DNA from: the human T2T-CHM13v2.0 reference genome, Homo sapiens
Strand: one strand, 5' to 3'
Length of the DNA stretch: 64,000 nt
Assembly (NCBI RefSeq): GCF_009914755.1
Contig: NC_060933.1
Under the pieces are notes generated by a model. It searched no databases. It worked only from the letters and a program-made list of their open reading frames with translations, and was not told where the DNA came from. Below are positions 1 to 12,245 of the stretch, in pieces; the first letter of the stretch is position 1; each line of letters opens with the position of its first letter. Made by a program: the position numbers and the translations under genes.

Positions 1-245
1 GATAGTAGGCGAGTTCTCATGAGATCTGATGGTTTTATAAGGGACTTTTCCTCCTTTTGTTTGACACTTTCTCCTTGCTGCCACTATGTGAAGAAGCACA
101 TGCTTTCTTCCCCTTATGCCATGATTATAAGTTTCCTGTAGGCTCCCCAGCCCTGCCGAACTGTGAGTCAACTAAACCTCTTTTCTTTATAAATTATCCA
201 GTTTCAGGCATGTCTTTATTAACAGCATGAGAACAAACTAATACA
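1..245 (+). mobile_element. THE1-family MaLR LTR, 3' part (window begins inside it; THE1C/D-like)
   Basis: Contains gagatctgatggttttataa, ccatgattataagtttcctg, actgtgagtcaactaaacctcttttctttataaatta and ends in the MaLR terminus actaataca at 237-245. Confidence 0.85.
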
Positions 246-509
246 GTAGTTACGTCATGGAAATAGAGTTTACTGAAAAACACATGGGCTAGCAAATAGT
301 TACCCTCTAGAACACAAATACAAATGAAATTTTAATTTCTAAATGGTAGGTATTTCCTTTTATTAATTAAACTAACACCATCCTTCAAAAATTTATAAAA
401 AATTGTCATACAAACAGTGATACATGTGCATGCTAAAGATAACTTGGTTCATATCTGAAGTCAAGCAGCTAGCAACTTATTTTATGTGTTAAGCACCAAA
501 ACTACTAGA

Positions 510-1731
510 ACAGCTACATTGAGATATGATTGACAAATCAAAATTATATGTATTCAATGTGTACAATGTGATTTCATATACTTAGACATTCTGTCATGAT
601 TTTCATAATCAAATCCATTAACATATCTATCACTACCCACAGTTACTATTTGCATGTGTGTGTGTGTCTGCTCTCTTCAAATTTTAAGTAAACAATACAG
701 CATAATTAACTATATTCATCATACTGTAAATTAGATCTCCAGGACTTATTCATCTTACAATTCAAACTTTGTACCCTTTGTACATCTCCCTATTTACATC
801 AGCCCCCAGCCCCTAGGAACCACCTTTCTACTTTCTGCTTTTTGAATGTTTTAAATTCCACATATAATGAGATCACACAGTATTTTTCTTTCTGTGTATG
901 GCTTATTTCACTTTACATAACGTCTCACAGGTTCAACCATAATGTCACAAATGGCAGGATTTACTTCTTCTTAAAGGCTGAATAGCATAACATTGTGTAC
1001 ATAAACCATATTTTCTTTATTTATCTCTCAGCAGACACTTAGGTTGCTTCCATATCTTAGCTATTGTGAATAATGCTGCAAAAAAACATAGCACTGCAGA
1101 TATTATTTCAAGAACCTGACTTCACTTCCTTTGGATATATACCCAGAAATTAGGTTGTTGAATCATGTCGTGGTTCTATTTTTAATTTTTTGAGGAGCCT
1201 TCATACTGTTTTCCATGATGATCATACCAATTTGTATTCCCACCAATGGTATACAAGGGTTCCCTTTTTTCCATACCTTCACCAACACTTGTTACCTCTT
1301 GTCTTTTTCATAATAGCCATTCAAACAGATGTGAGGTGATACCTCATTGTGGTTTTGATTTGCATTATCATGAGGATTAGTTATGTTGAACAGCTTTCCA
1401 TATGCTTGTTGGTTATTTGTATGTCTTCCTTTGAAAAATGTCTATTCAGGTCCTTTGCTAATTTTTAAATTAGATTATTTGCTTCTTTGCTATTTAGTTG
1501 TGTGAGTTTCTTATATTTAGATATTAACGCCTTATCATATACAAGGTTTGCAAATATTTTCTCCCATTTTGTATGTTGCCTTTTTATGTTGTTAATGTTT
1601 TTCTTTACTATGCAGACATTCTCTAGTTGGATATAGTCACTTGTTTATTTTTGTGAAAAACAATGTCAAGGAGTTTTTTCCCTATTTTCTTCTAGGAGTT
1701 TTAGAGTTTTGGTTCTGCTATGTAAGTCTTT
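510..1731 (-). mobile_element. Old L1MA-type LINE-1 (L1MA8/9-like), 3' UTR plus end of ORF2, 5'-truncated
   Basis: Antisense L1 motifs ttgagatatgattgacaaat, ttccatatcttagctattgtgaataatgctgca, ggatatatacccagaa, gtgaggtgatacctcattgtggttttgatttgcatt. Flanked by the direct repeat aaactactaga (499-509 and 1732-1742). Confidence 0.8.
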
Positions 1732-3006
1732 AAACTACTAGATCATTTGTAGCCATTTATTAATAACATATTTATGTGTATCCAGTACCAGTCTTAATTT
1801 TAACGTTAGAAAGCCAAACTCGGTTAATGACTCTGTATGTAAATACTTTGAATCAATGATTAGCATGAACAACAAAATATTTTGAACGATTAGCATGAAC
1901 AATGAAAGTTAACATGTGGAAATGATTTATAAACATGGGAGATTCATTTGCTAATTATTTTTCCAGTGATGAATATTATAATATCATTAATTCGTTAGGT
2001 AATCAAGAAATATATATTTTGTGTGCTGGGCACTTCTCTGTTCCATAGCCACAAGATAGAGTCTTTGCTATCAGTGAGATTATATCATTAAATTTTAAAA
2101 TATGAATTGGTGATAGAAATCACTGAGCTCTAACCAAGATCTTAGTTACCTAAGACCACACTAATAATAGCAAAGATATCTCAATATCATATGCTGTTGT
2201 TTCATTCAGCTGCAAAATTTATATTTCTTCTTAAAATTTGGTTGGTATCAATTTCCTAAGAAACTTAACAGGTAACATTAAAAGATGATATACACTGAAA
2301 TACATGGCCAATAACATTTCTGAGGCATATGTATGGTTTTGAATATAGATAATCACTTGCCATAACAGGATTATCGTAACACTGACTCAAGAGTAGTGGT
2401 GATTTTTCATCATACAGTATCAGCCTTTAGAAGAGAAACCTTAAACTTTTCTTCAAAATGTAGAACCACTTATAAGATGGTTCTTTTAAACCGGAAATTT
2501 GAGAGACTGCTTTCTTTACAATTAAATGCAGACATAAAGAAATGTCAGGCTTTCATGTCCTTGAAGAAGATGCCCCCAACGGAGGTGCAAATAACTTTGT
2601 TCCTTGAATAATTACTGCAAAACATCTTAACCTTTAGCTCTGAAAATTTATTAGAGATTTTGATTAGATTTTAACTTACCAATAACATAAAACGGGATTT
2701 CCCAGTGTTTTTTGAAAGACCTGATTTTGTAATATGTGATTAACTTGTTAATATGTTATTAAATTTGCAATACATTACAGTAAGCAACTACAAAGTTTAT
2801 ATTGCTTATGGTTTTCATCTGAACTATTTTTTCCATTGGTTTGCTATTTAAAGGGTAATTGTGAATAAAAATTTATTTACTATAATTACTTTTTTTCAAA
2901 ATGTCAAAACATGTTTCTTATTTCGGAAGATTTATAAATTTAAAGATTCTTATAATATTTTCTCTCTTTTTTTAGGTTTTCTACAGGAAAAATCTTATCT
3001 CAGAGG

Positions 3007-3080
3007 ATATATATGTGTATATGTGTGTGTGTAATATGTGTATATATATGTGTGTATGGTATATATATATATATATATAT
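3007..3080. repeat. Compound (TA)n/(TG)n microsatellite
   Basis: Visible directly: atatatatgtgtatatgtgtgtgt...atatatatat. Confidence 0.9.
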
Positions 3081-3620
3081 CTCAAATGAATGTCATGTAT
3101 TATAAATTTCTTGATTTTTAAATTCATTTAACCTAATTTATGCTTTGCAATTACTTACTACTTATATAGTAAGAGGTTTCCCAATCTGTCAGGTAATGTG
3201 AATAAGTAATACTGGTATTTTATCTCCTCAGAAGATTCATGGAGCTTTGCAGCTTTGTATTATCTATGAGACGAGGGCCTACTGAAAAATATAGTGACAT
3301 GGAAGGATCCTGAAAACGTTTCATTCTCCTTAGATACTCTGTAATGAATGAACACTTTTTTTTTTCTTTCCCATATCTCTCTCAATATCATCTCATTCAC
3401 TTGAAATCCTTCCAAGTTAACTGAAGCATAACTGGTTCTTTATCTCTATTCTGTGATAGAAGACTTCAAAGTCAAGAAATTTAAACTTTTTGTTCATGGC
3501 CAACTTTGTCACTTTCCGCATGATGTAGGAAGATTTCCCATTTACCATTAGGTGACTGACATACATTGTATATCAGTAACACATAAGAGGTTTTCTTTCT
3601 GTTAGTTTACCAAGAGAGTA

Positions 3621-4801
3621 TTTTTTTTAAATAAACTTTATATTTTAGAATACTTTAACAGAAAAATTATGAAGATAGTACAAAGAGTTCTCATATACTC
3701 CACATCCATTTTCCCTATTAACTAACATCTTACATTAGTATGGTGAATTTGTCTCAATTAATGAACCAATATTGATAAATTATTATTAACTAAAATCCAT
3801 ACTTTATTCAGATTGCCTTAGTTATTACCTAATGTCCTTTTTCTGTTCCAGGATTCCATCCAAGATACCACATTATATTTAATAGTCATATCTCCTTAGG
3901 TTCCTCTTGGCTGCGACAGTTTCTTAGACTAAACTTGTTTTTGAAGATCTTGACAGATTTGAGGAGTACTGATCAGGCATTATATAGAATGTTCCTCTAT
4001 GGGAATTTTCTGAGCTTTTTTTTTGTTTGTTTGTTTTCATGGTTAGATTGGGGTTATAGATTTTGGGAAACAAAACCTCAGAAGTAAAGGGCCATTCTAA
4101 TCCTATACTATCAACATGATTTATCACTGCTGATTTTCATCTTGATTACCTGCTTAAGGTAGTGCTTGTTAGCTTTCTCTACCAAAAAATATTCCCCGCC
4201 TTTCCTTATGTCAGTTTCTCCTCTCTATCCTCATGTACACGTTGGAAAGAAGTTACTGTGCACATCCCATATGGAAGTGGAGAGTTATGCTTTACCTTCT
4301 TGAGAGTGAAATAACCACATAAATTATTTAGAATTCTTCTGCACAGGAGATTTGTCTATTCTTCATTTACTCATTCCTCAATTCATTTACCTATTTAATC
4401 ATTAACATATGTCAGTATGGATTCATGATTATTTATTTTATACTTTGATAATTTAATATTATTTTATTTGTTGAATATATTGTTCCAGATTTGGCCATTG
4501 GGAGCTCTTTCAGTTCTCTCCTATATTCCTTTTACATACTCCCATCATTGTTTGTTTGTTTTTTTTTTTTTGCATTTTGTTTCTTTTATGTCCTTAAATT
4601 TTTACACTACAAGCTGTCCCAGGCATATCTTGTGTAGTTCCTGCTCCAGTACTAGAATCACCCATTTCTACAAGGAGATTATTATTATTATTACTGACTA
4701 ATGCTATTAGAAACCACATATGAAAGTTGAATGTGTTCATTGCTACTGGTGGTTGGTTTTAGGCCCTCTCAGTTGACAGAGAAAAGAAATATACGTATAT
4801 A
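3621..4801 (-). mobile_element. L1MC-family 3' UTR (L1MC3/4-like), interrupted by MER44
   Basis: Matches the L1MC 3' UTR in antisense: aacatcttacattagtatggt, aattaatgaaccaatattgata, ttctgttccaggattccatccaagataccaca, gaggagtactgatcagg, gatttggccattgggagctctttcag. Confidence 0.75.
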
Positions 4802-5472
4802 CCGTAATACCCCCTTATCCTTCTTCAGGGATATCTTCTAAGACCTCAGTGGATGTGAATCTCAAATAGTAATGAACTCGACTGCTGGCAATCAGAACAT
4901 GTTTCTATTCATGTCTTCTACTCACAAATTTAATGACTTTTCCATCTTAACTAAGCAGTTATGTACTGCAGTTGTAACTTTTGCAGTTTGAGGTACAACA
5001 GTAAAATTAACACTAATTTCCTTTTTCTTCTTTGCAATTTCACAGATAAAAGATCTTAGCAACCTCAGCATTCAGTTTTTTTTAAACCTAAAGGAATCAC
5101 TTAATAGTTTTCATTTGGCATATTCAAATGGCCAGCATCAGTACTCTTGCACTTTGGGGTCATTATTAAGTAAAATAAGGGTTACTTGGACACAAGCACT
5201 TGTGATACTGCCACAGTTGACCTGATAACTAAGAAGGCTGTTAAGTGACTAATTGGAGGGCACTGTATACAGTGTGCATTTGCCTTATATATGGAGGATT
5301 CACATCCTGGGAGGGATGACATGAAATTTCATCACACTACTCAGAATGTTGTGAAATGTAAAACTTATGAATTGTTTATTTCTGGAATTTTCCACTTACT
5401 ATTTCAGATCACAGTTTACCAGAGATAACTAAAACCATGGAAAGCAAAACCAAGGCTAAATGAGGAGTACTG
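4802..5472. mobile_element. MER44 (C/D-like), non-autonomous TcMar-Tigger7 derivative
   Basis: Degenerate TIRs ccgtaatacccccttatcc and ggctaaatgaggagtactg. TA dinucleotide on both sides (4800-4801, 5473-5474). Internal motif tttcatcacactactcagaa...aaaacttatgaattgtttatttctggaattttcca. Confidence 0.8.
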
Positions 5473-5553
5473 TATACTAACCTGTGTATATACACATACC
5501 TATTTCTGTATGTAACCATAAATATCTGTATTAGGCTAATATGAGTTCATACT
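5473..5553 (-). mobile_element. L1MC 3' UTR, continuation after MER44
   Basis: tactaacctgtgtatatacacata...atgagttcatact resumes the L1MC sequence left off at 4801. Confidence 0.65.
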
Positions 5554-5580
5554 CAAGAAAGTAACTTTTATGTGGCTCCT

Positions 5581-5984
5581 TGTTACGGATTGAATAAATA
5601 AATTCCCTAAAAATTCACATGTTGAACCTCTGACACCCTGTAGGGATGTATTTGGACGTAAGGCTGCTAAGAAAATAAAGTAATTAAGGTTAAATGAGTT
5701 CCTAAGGGTGGGGATTTGACAGATTAGTGTTCTTACAAATAGAGACACCAGAGCGCTCTGTGTGCTATTTCTCTATGTCTGTGCACAAAGAAGAGGTCAA
5801 CGTTAACTCATACCAAGATGGAGGCCGTCTATCAGCCAAGAGACATGGCCTTAGAATGAAACTTACCTTGCTGACACCCTGATCTTAGACTTCTCAGCCT
5901 TCAGAAATATGACAAAATGAATTTCTGTTGTTTAAGTCACCCAATCTGGGTATTTTGTTATGGTAGCCTGAGCAAACTAATATA
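5581..5984 (+). mobile_element. MLT1A-type solo LTR (MLT1A/MLT1A1-like)
   Basis: Begins tgttacggattgaa. Contains gtaattaaggttaaatgag, gacaccctgatcttagacttc and aatttctgttgtttaagtcaccc. Ends actaatata. 5-bp TSD ctcct/ctcca. Confidence 0.85.
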
Positions 5985-8900
5985 CTCCATGTGCACTATT
6001 AAGATTAGGCATAAATTTTAAATTTATAAGCTTTAAGATTATATTAAAATAAGGTGGTCATGAATCTGAATACTCACGTTTTTATTCAGATTTGCCAAAG
6101 AAGTTTTAAGTGAAATATTAGGCAATAAAGAAAAATTAAGGTCTAATTAGTAAGTACTTGTATCAGGTAACTTTAAGAAAGTAAAACATGTATTAGTTAA
6201 ATTAAATTTGATTTTTAAAATTATCTTAACCCAAAACAGTGTTCAAACTTTCAAATTTCTGAAAATAAGCTTGGTGGCTCACAATGAAAAGCTGGGTAAT
6301 CAGGAAAATAAAATACGTCCTTTAAAACAGATTTCAGGGGAAGAATCTAAATTTTATTTAAACAAATAAAGTAAAAGTTACCCTTATTCTAATTAACACT
6401 TTCTGTTGAAAACATACACATATTTTATTACAAGGCTGGAGGTAAAATTATATCAGAAGTATAGCAAATGTTCTAAAAACAACATAAGAAGCCAAATGAG
6501 TGAATCTTTACAGCTTACTCCCTTTTTTAATACCATTTTTTTCTTGAAAATAAAGTGTAACTGACAGTTCTGTCACAAAAATATACTCTATCATTGTAAC
6601 ATAAATATGCAGTGTAGTTCTACGTATTTTAAAATGGTAGTTGTTGAGGAGAAAACAGCTGTTTTGAAAGTACATGAACAACCAAATAACTACTTGAAAC
6701 ATACTTTATTGCAAGGGTAGCTATGTCCAAATAATGAAGAGAGATTTTTAAGAGACTATTGGAGCATTCTTTTTCTTGGATCCTTCTGAAGGGGAAAAAA
6801 TGACTTTTCTCTCAAAAGTAATTATATTTTATTGTATAACCAGATGGTAGTATGTGTCATGACATAAAATGTAGAAAAACACTAGGTTTACTTCAAAGAG
6901 AAGCTTAATTTCTTTGAAATATTTCTTTACAACCAGGGTGGGGAACACGGAAGCTTGTCTGTGACTCTGGTGCATCCTAGAACTCTGATCAGGGCTTCGA
7001 AGCATAATTCAGAGGCAACGCCTCTCTCTATGCCCAGATTATGGCCCCATTTTCACATTGTAAAGCCTCTCTTTTTAGCCTATTGACAATTATGACTTTA
7101 CTACTCAGGAGGTTGGATTAATTTTCTGGAAATTAAATTTTAAAAAAGCTTCCTAATATTACATGATACCTCAGGTTTTTTGTTTGTTTGTTTTGTTTTT
7201 GGTAATGAGGACTCAGATGATCTCATCGGGCACATTCTCAGCTTTGAGGTCAATACCTAGATTATTAAACTACCAATCATGGCCAGTTAATGGGGTTTAG
7301 AGTTATGAAACAGAATAAATTCTATGATTAACAAAAGGGCTATAAAATCTCTAGACTGCTGGTTCTGCACCATGAACTTGTACTCATATTACAGTTCAGG
7401 TTTATATTCTGAGTTTACCATTTTGACTTTATATCTCCTTGGGACAAATGTTCTCACATGACCTTTAATTACTGTACTGTCAGTGGAACCTAGGAAATGG
7501 ACATCATTAGCAGTCTTGCCTGGGTAATTAAGAAGTAAGTTCAGAGGGATAATTGCTCCATCATTATTTCTCTTTACCTTCTGACAAATTTGATTTTTTA
7601 AATAATTGAGTTGACCATATGTTCAAATATATGCAAGTAGCAATGCATTATTTTAATTTAGAAATTTGTATACACACAAAAACTATGATCATTTATTCCT
7701 CCTCCTCCTCCACCTTGGGAAAGAAATGGGGATAGAGTGATAGTAGAGTTCTAATTATTTAAATCAGTTTCAGATTGATGTTATAGATCTATTTTGCATT
7801 CACCTCCTGGGATTTATGCCTATGTCAGTTAAGAGAGAGAATGTAGAATGAAGAGGACTGGAGCTTTTCAAATGTGGCTCTGATTGCTTTTGACATTTTA
7901 AATAAATAAGAAGTTTTTTGTGTTATCCTACTGTTCCCTAAGGGACTTACGTAGATGAATCAAGGCAATGCAGAAATGAATTTGAACAAATTTTACATTA
8001 CTTTTGATTGTCCTAGAAGGAATCCAAAAGCAAAGCCTAGACTAAGTAATATGGGAGGTTCTAGAAGATATTAAAATGTGGCATGAGACAGCTCCATCTA
8101 AAGCAATTAGTGTTAAGATCTGAAATCTGGGGCAGTCTATAAAACTTCTTTAACTGTTCAAATCTCTGCACCTTTAAGCAGACTGACTTGGAAAATGTAT
8201 TTCTTCCTGAAATAGGTCTACAAGAGTTAAAATGCACTGCATGTTCATAGCTACTTCTGGCTTCAGACTGTAATGATATGGATGAGAGTCAGGGGCCACA
8301 GTCTTCCCAAATTTCTCCAGAAATTTCCCCTTTATCTCCAGAGCCTCTTGGTCTTGTATCAAAGATTCAGAAGTTCACTGTTAATTGGAAGCCTAGAGTC
8401 AGACTAGAATTTATGATAAAATAATGATAATTAAAATAATTGTTTCTATTTTTCTGCAATCTTTATAGGCCAGAAAATACAGAGACAGAGATATGGTTTT
8501 GGGTCTTGCAAACATAATGAAGTAGAATAAGATGAATGAAAAAACAGAAAAGAGGCCAAATCTTACTTCTCCCCATCATCTCTGGATGAGTCCTTTTAGT
8601 CCATGATGAGTTTAAAACATTGAAACAAAAAAATCCCAATAAATATCACCAAAATTAAACAAGTATTTATACTTATTAAATGTTATTGACTATCTTCCAA
8701 AAAGACATATAGATTGGGAACAGGATTATTTCAGGTAGTTTCCACAGAAATATATAAATATAATTAATCCCAGAAATATAATTTTTAGTTAAGAGTTACA
8801 CATTATTACTAACTGTAAACCACTAGAATTCTTCGTTATCATAAAAAATAATAAAATCCAACATTGATGGTTGGTTAAGGAGATTAAGAAAGTTTCTCTT

Positions 8901-9034
8901 TGTTAGTAAGAAGGATAGAAAAAATATTGGAAAATTCAAGGTAGAAAGATGAGAGTAAGATATTAATATAAGAGTTAAATGACTAGCTTAGGACATTGGC
9001 AGTGGGGACTTACACAGAGATAACTATGTGTCAT

Positions 9035-9365
9035 CTACTGTTTTAATACTTTACATATAGTAGATCATATAATCCTTACACAGCCCTATAAGATAAGTAT
9101 TCTTCCGTTTTATAGAATTTAAGAGCTATTTTAAGTTTGGTTTGGATAATTCCCAGCACAATGTGTGACACATAGTAGATGCTAGGGAATATGATTAAAT
9201 AAATCAATGACTTAAAATGTGAGAGACAATGGATGGGTAAAAGAAAACTCCACATTTTTAATCTTGGGAAACTGGGAGTGTAGTGGCACTGATAGAAAGA
9301 GTGAAGTCAGAAAAGGAAGAAAGTTTGAACTTAGGCAGTTGATAAATTTAGTATGAAACATGTTA
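9035..9365. mobile_element. Degraded MIR and L2 fragments
   Basis: MIR-like aatccttacacagccctataagataagtatt; L2 3'-end-like cccagcacaatgtgtgacacatagtagatgct; antisense L2-like ttgggaaactgggagtg. Confidence 0.4.
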
Positions 9366-10443
9366 TTAACCTAAAGGTTTCAGAAATAGAATTGAAAGAG
9401 AAACAAATGCAAGCAGAGTTTTATCTTTTATTTTTTTTGGTTCTCCATGGCATCACACAAAATTTTAAACATCCTTTGTACATGAAAAGATTTGAATATA
9501 TGCTGATTCCCTGGAATGCTTATTTCTGATTCTCTGAGACAAATCTTTGATTCATAACCTTTTCTTTTTAAACTAGATTTAATTTCTCCTGTGAATTTTA
9601 ACTTTCATGGCAGATGGAATACACTTAAAAAGTTGTAATAGGGTAAGATACTGGCTTAAACGGGACAGAAAAGTTAAAAGAACATTTAATTATAAAATGT
9701 CTAATAACCATTTTCATTGACTTTTTTTGGAAGGTTGCAGAGGGAACTTGAAGTGTTTTGCAATGCTGCAAAGATTATGATAACCAAATCAGTAGAGGAG
9801 CAATAAAGAAGCTGAAGCAGGAGGGAAAAGATAAGGATTATTGAAGGGAAGACAAGAGCATGCAGAAGAAAATTCCCTTAGCAATGGGCTGTTTATATTT
9901 AATTCCTCCTCTTCTCTGAATTGTCCTGAATTATTTACATATTGAATAATTAGAAGTCAAACCATTAGCTGTTCAATAGAAGTTCATTATAAATTTGTAT
10001 ATAAGAAAAAGTTATAAAATATGATTATACCACAAGGCAGTTATTAATCCTGTCAGCAATACCAGCTTAAAAATGTTTCCATCACAATGAGCATGAAATA
10101 AAAGGAGTCTATTTTTCTTAATATAAAAGACTTAAATGTGTTTGCTAATTAATATACTTTAAGCTGCATGGCTTCTTTGCCAACTTCATTATTATCCTAA
10201 TCATTTCAGGTTCTACTATAATTATAATGTAGATCCTGACTATTGGCAGATGAAGATTATGGATGGTAAGAAAAACTAATTGTGTCTCCAGCAAATATAG
10301 GGAGGTGAACGGTAAATCCAATAGAATAGCAAATTGATTGATCACTACATAGAGTATTAATTTTGGTAATGAACATGATATTTTATTATTTCAATATTAG
10401 TTAATTAGTGAAAAAGCAAATATGCAGAAAGGTAGATTTACAG

Positions 10444-10654
10444 CAGTGGTTATCAACCAAAGGGTGATTTTGCCCCCCAGAGGACATTTGGCAATGTCTG
10501 GTAACATATTTAATGATTTTCAAGGGCTGCTACTGGCATCTGGTGGGTAGAGCCTGAGGATGCTGCTAAATACCTTATAATGCCCAGGTCAGCCTGCATA
10601 ACAAAGATTTTTCCAGTGCACAATTTCAATGGTGCTGGCTAGTGAGAAACTCTG
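10444..10654. mobile_element. MER20 (hAT-Charlie)
   Basis: cagtggttatcaacc...gattttgccccccagaggacatttggcaatgtctgg...tgctactggcatct...ggatgctgctaaa...tgagaaactctg. Degenerate 8-bp TSD atttacag/atttctag. Confidence 0.9.
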
Positions 10655-10925
10655 ATTTCTAGTATGAAGTTCTTACAGTTATTTGTCTTTAAATTTTTCT
10701 TATTTGGGATTTAAATATTGCTATGGACTGCAGATTATTTATAACTCTCAAAAGGGCCCCTTCCTTTTTTGAAAGGTCATATGTGCAAGGTCATCCATAC
10801 ACATCTTAATGATTATAAAATGATAACATCAGTGACTTGTGCCCAAAGTATTTTTGATTAAAGGTGAATTTCCATTGGTGTGATCTTATTATTTTCTCCA
10901 TTTTATGTTTATAAATGGATAGAAT

Positions 10926-11000
10926 AGACACATATGTGGGATGAGGGAAAAGACACGCATGTGGGATGAGGGAAAAGACACATATGTGGGATGAGGGAAA
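10926..11000. repeat. Minisatellite, 3 x 25 bp (agacacatatgtgggatgagggaaa)
   Basis: Units at 10926-10950, 10951-10975 (2 substitutions) and 10976-11000 (identical to unit 1). Confidence 0.95.
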
Positions 11001-11209
11001 CCAAAGTCTTTATGTTCTTGAGCAACAAAAACTTCTTACTGATTAATCTAACTTGAAAACTAAGATCTAATTTATACATTTTTTACTCTACGTGACAGCT
11101 ATAGGCCTAAATATTCCTCCACAGTATGTACATAGTTAACTATTATCTCGTATGCTGTTCAAATTGTAAAAAAGTTTGTTACTGACACACAATTTTTAAA
11201 TTTACTACT

Positions 11210-12245
11210 TTATGAATCTGTTTAATTCTGTCCACCTCTATGGCCACTGTCCCATATTCTCCTCACTAGACATGTTTGGTCTCTTGCCTTCTTCCAATCC
11301 ATGAGCTACATGGTACTTAGACTGACTTTTAAAAATACTTAGGGTATGTCATGCTCTACTTAAATTTCTCAAGTGATTTCCTTTGTACTTGGGATAAAAT
11401 TCAAGATACTTAAAATGACCTACAGGGCCTCTAAATAGTCCATCCCCTGCTTCTCTGGAACTAATTTGTATACACTATTTTGTATCTTAAGCTCCTCCTT
11501 CCAGATCAATGTATTCCAGTGACACAAATTTTACACTTCCTTCCTTGGAAGCTTTGAATATGCTGCAATCTCTTTTTAGACAGCGCCTCTTCATCATTAT
11601 GATCTCTGTCTAAACGTCATTTTGCTACATAAGCTTTCCCTGACAGCAATGGACTGAATGTTTGTGTTCCCCCCAAATTCATGTGTTGAAATTGTAACTC
11701 CAAATGTGTTGGTAGTAGGAGGTTGGGCTTCTGGGAGGTAATTAAGTCATGAAGGTGGAGCCCTAATGAATGGGATTAGTGTCCTTATAAAAGGGACATC
11801 AGAGAGCTCTCTCACCTCTGTCTTCTGCTGTATGAGGATACAATGAGAAGTCAGCCGTTGGATAGGTAGAAGGCTGTCACCAGTACCTCATCATGCTGTG
11901 CCCTGATCTCAGACTTTCAATTTTTAGAACTGTGAAAAATAAATTTCTGCTGTTTATAAGCCATACAATTTATGGTATTTTGTTATATCAATCCATAATG
12001 ACTAATACAGTAACTCTGCTCATTGAAAATTAGGGGTACTTGCTTTAATCTTTTACGCATATTGTTATTTATATCACTTAATTATAATGTGCAATTATCT
12101 ACCTGTTTTGTGAGTGCTTGGATAATACACTTTTCCCACTAGAGTGTGAACTCACCAAAGCACCAGCACTATGTTAATATTGTTCATCTATGTCTCAATG
12201 GAGCCTTATTCAGTATCTGGCACAAAGCAGGCACTCAATAAACAC
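11210..12245 (+). mobile_element. L2 3' region split by an MLT1A0 insertion
   Basis: L2-like ggataaaattcaagatacttaaaatgacctacagggcc and aagctttccctgac. Terminal cagtatctggcacaaagcaggcactcaataaa at 12211-12242. Confidence 0.55.
11645..12009 (+). mobile_element. MLT1A0-like solo LTR
   Basis: atggactgaatgtttgtgttccccccaaattcatgtgttgaaa...ggtggagccctaatgaatgggattagtgtccttataaaag...aaataaatttctgctgtttataagcca...gactaataca. Confidence 0.88.

Noticed and set aside
10926-11000. CRISPR-like array
   Set aside because: The units are contiguous with no unique spacers, there are no cas genes, and the context is mammalian.
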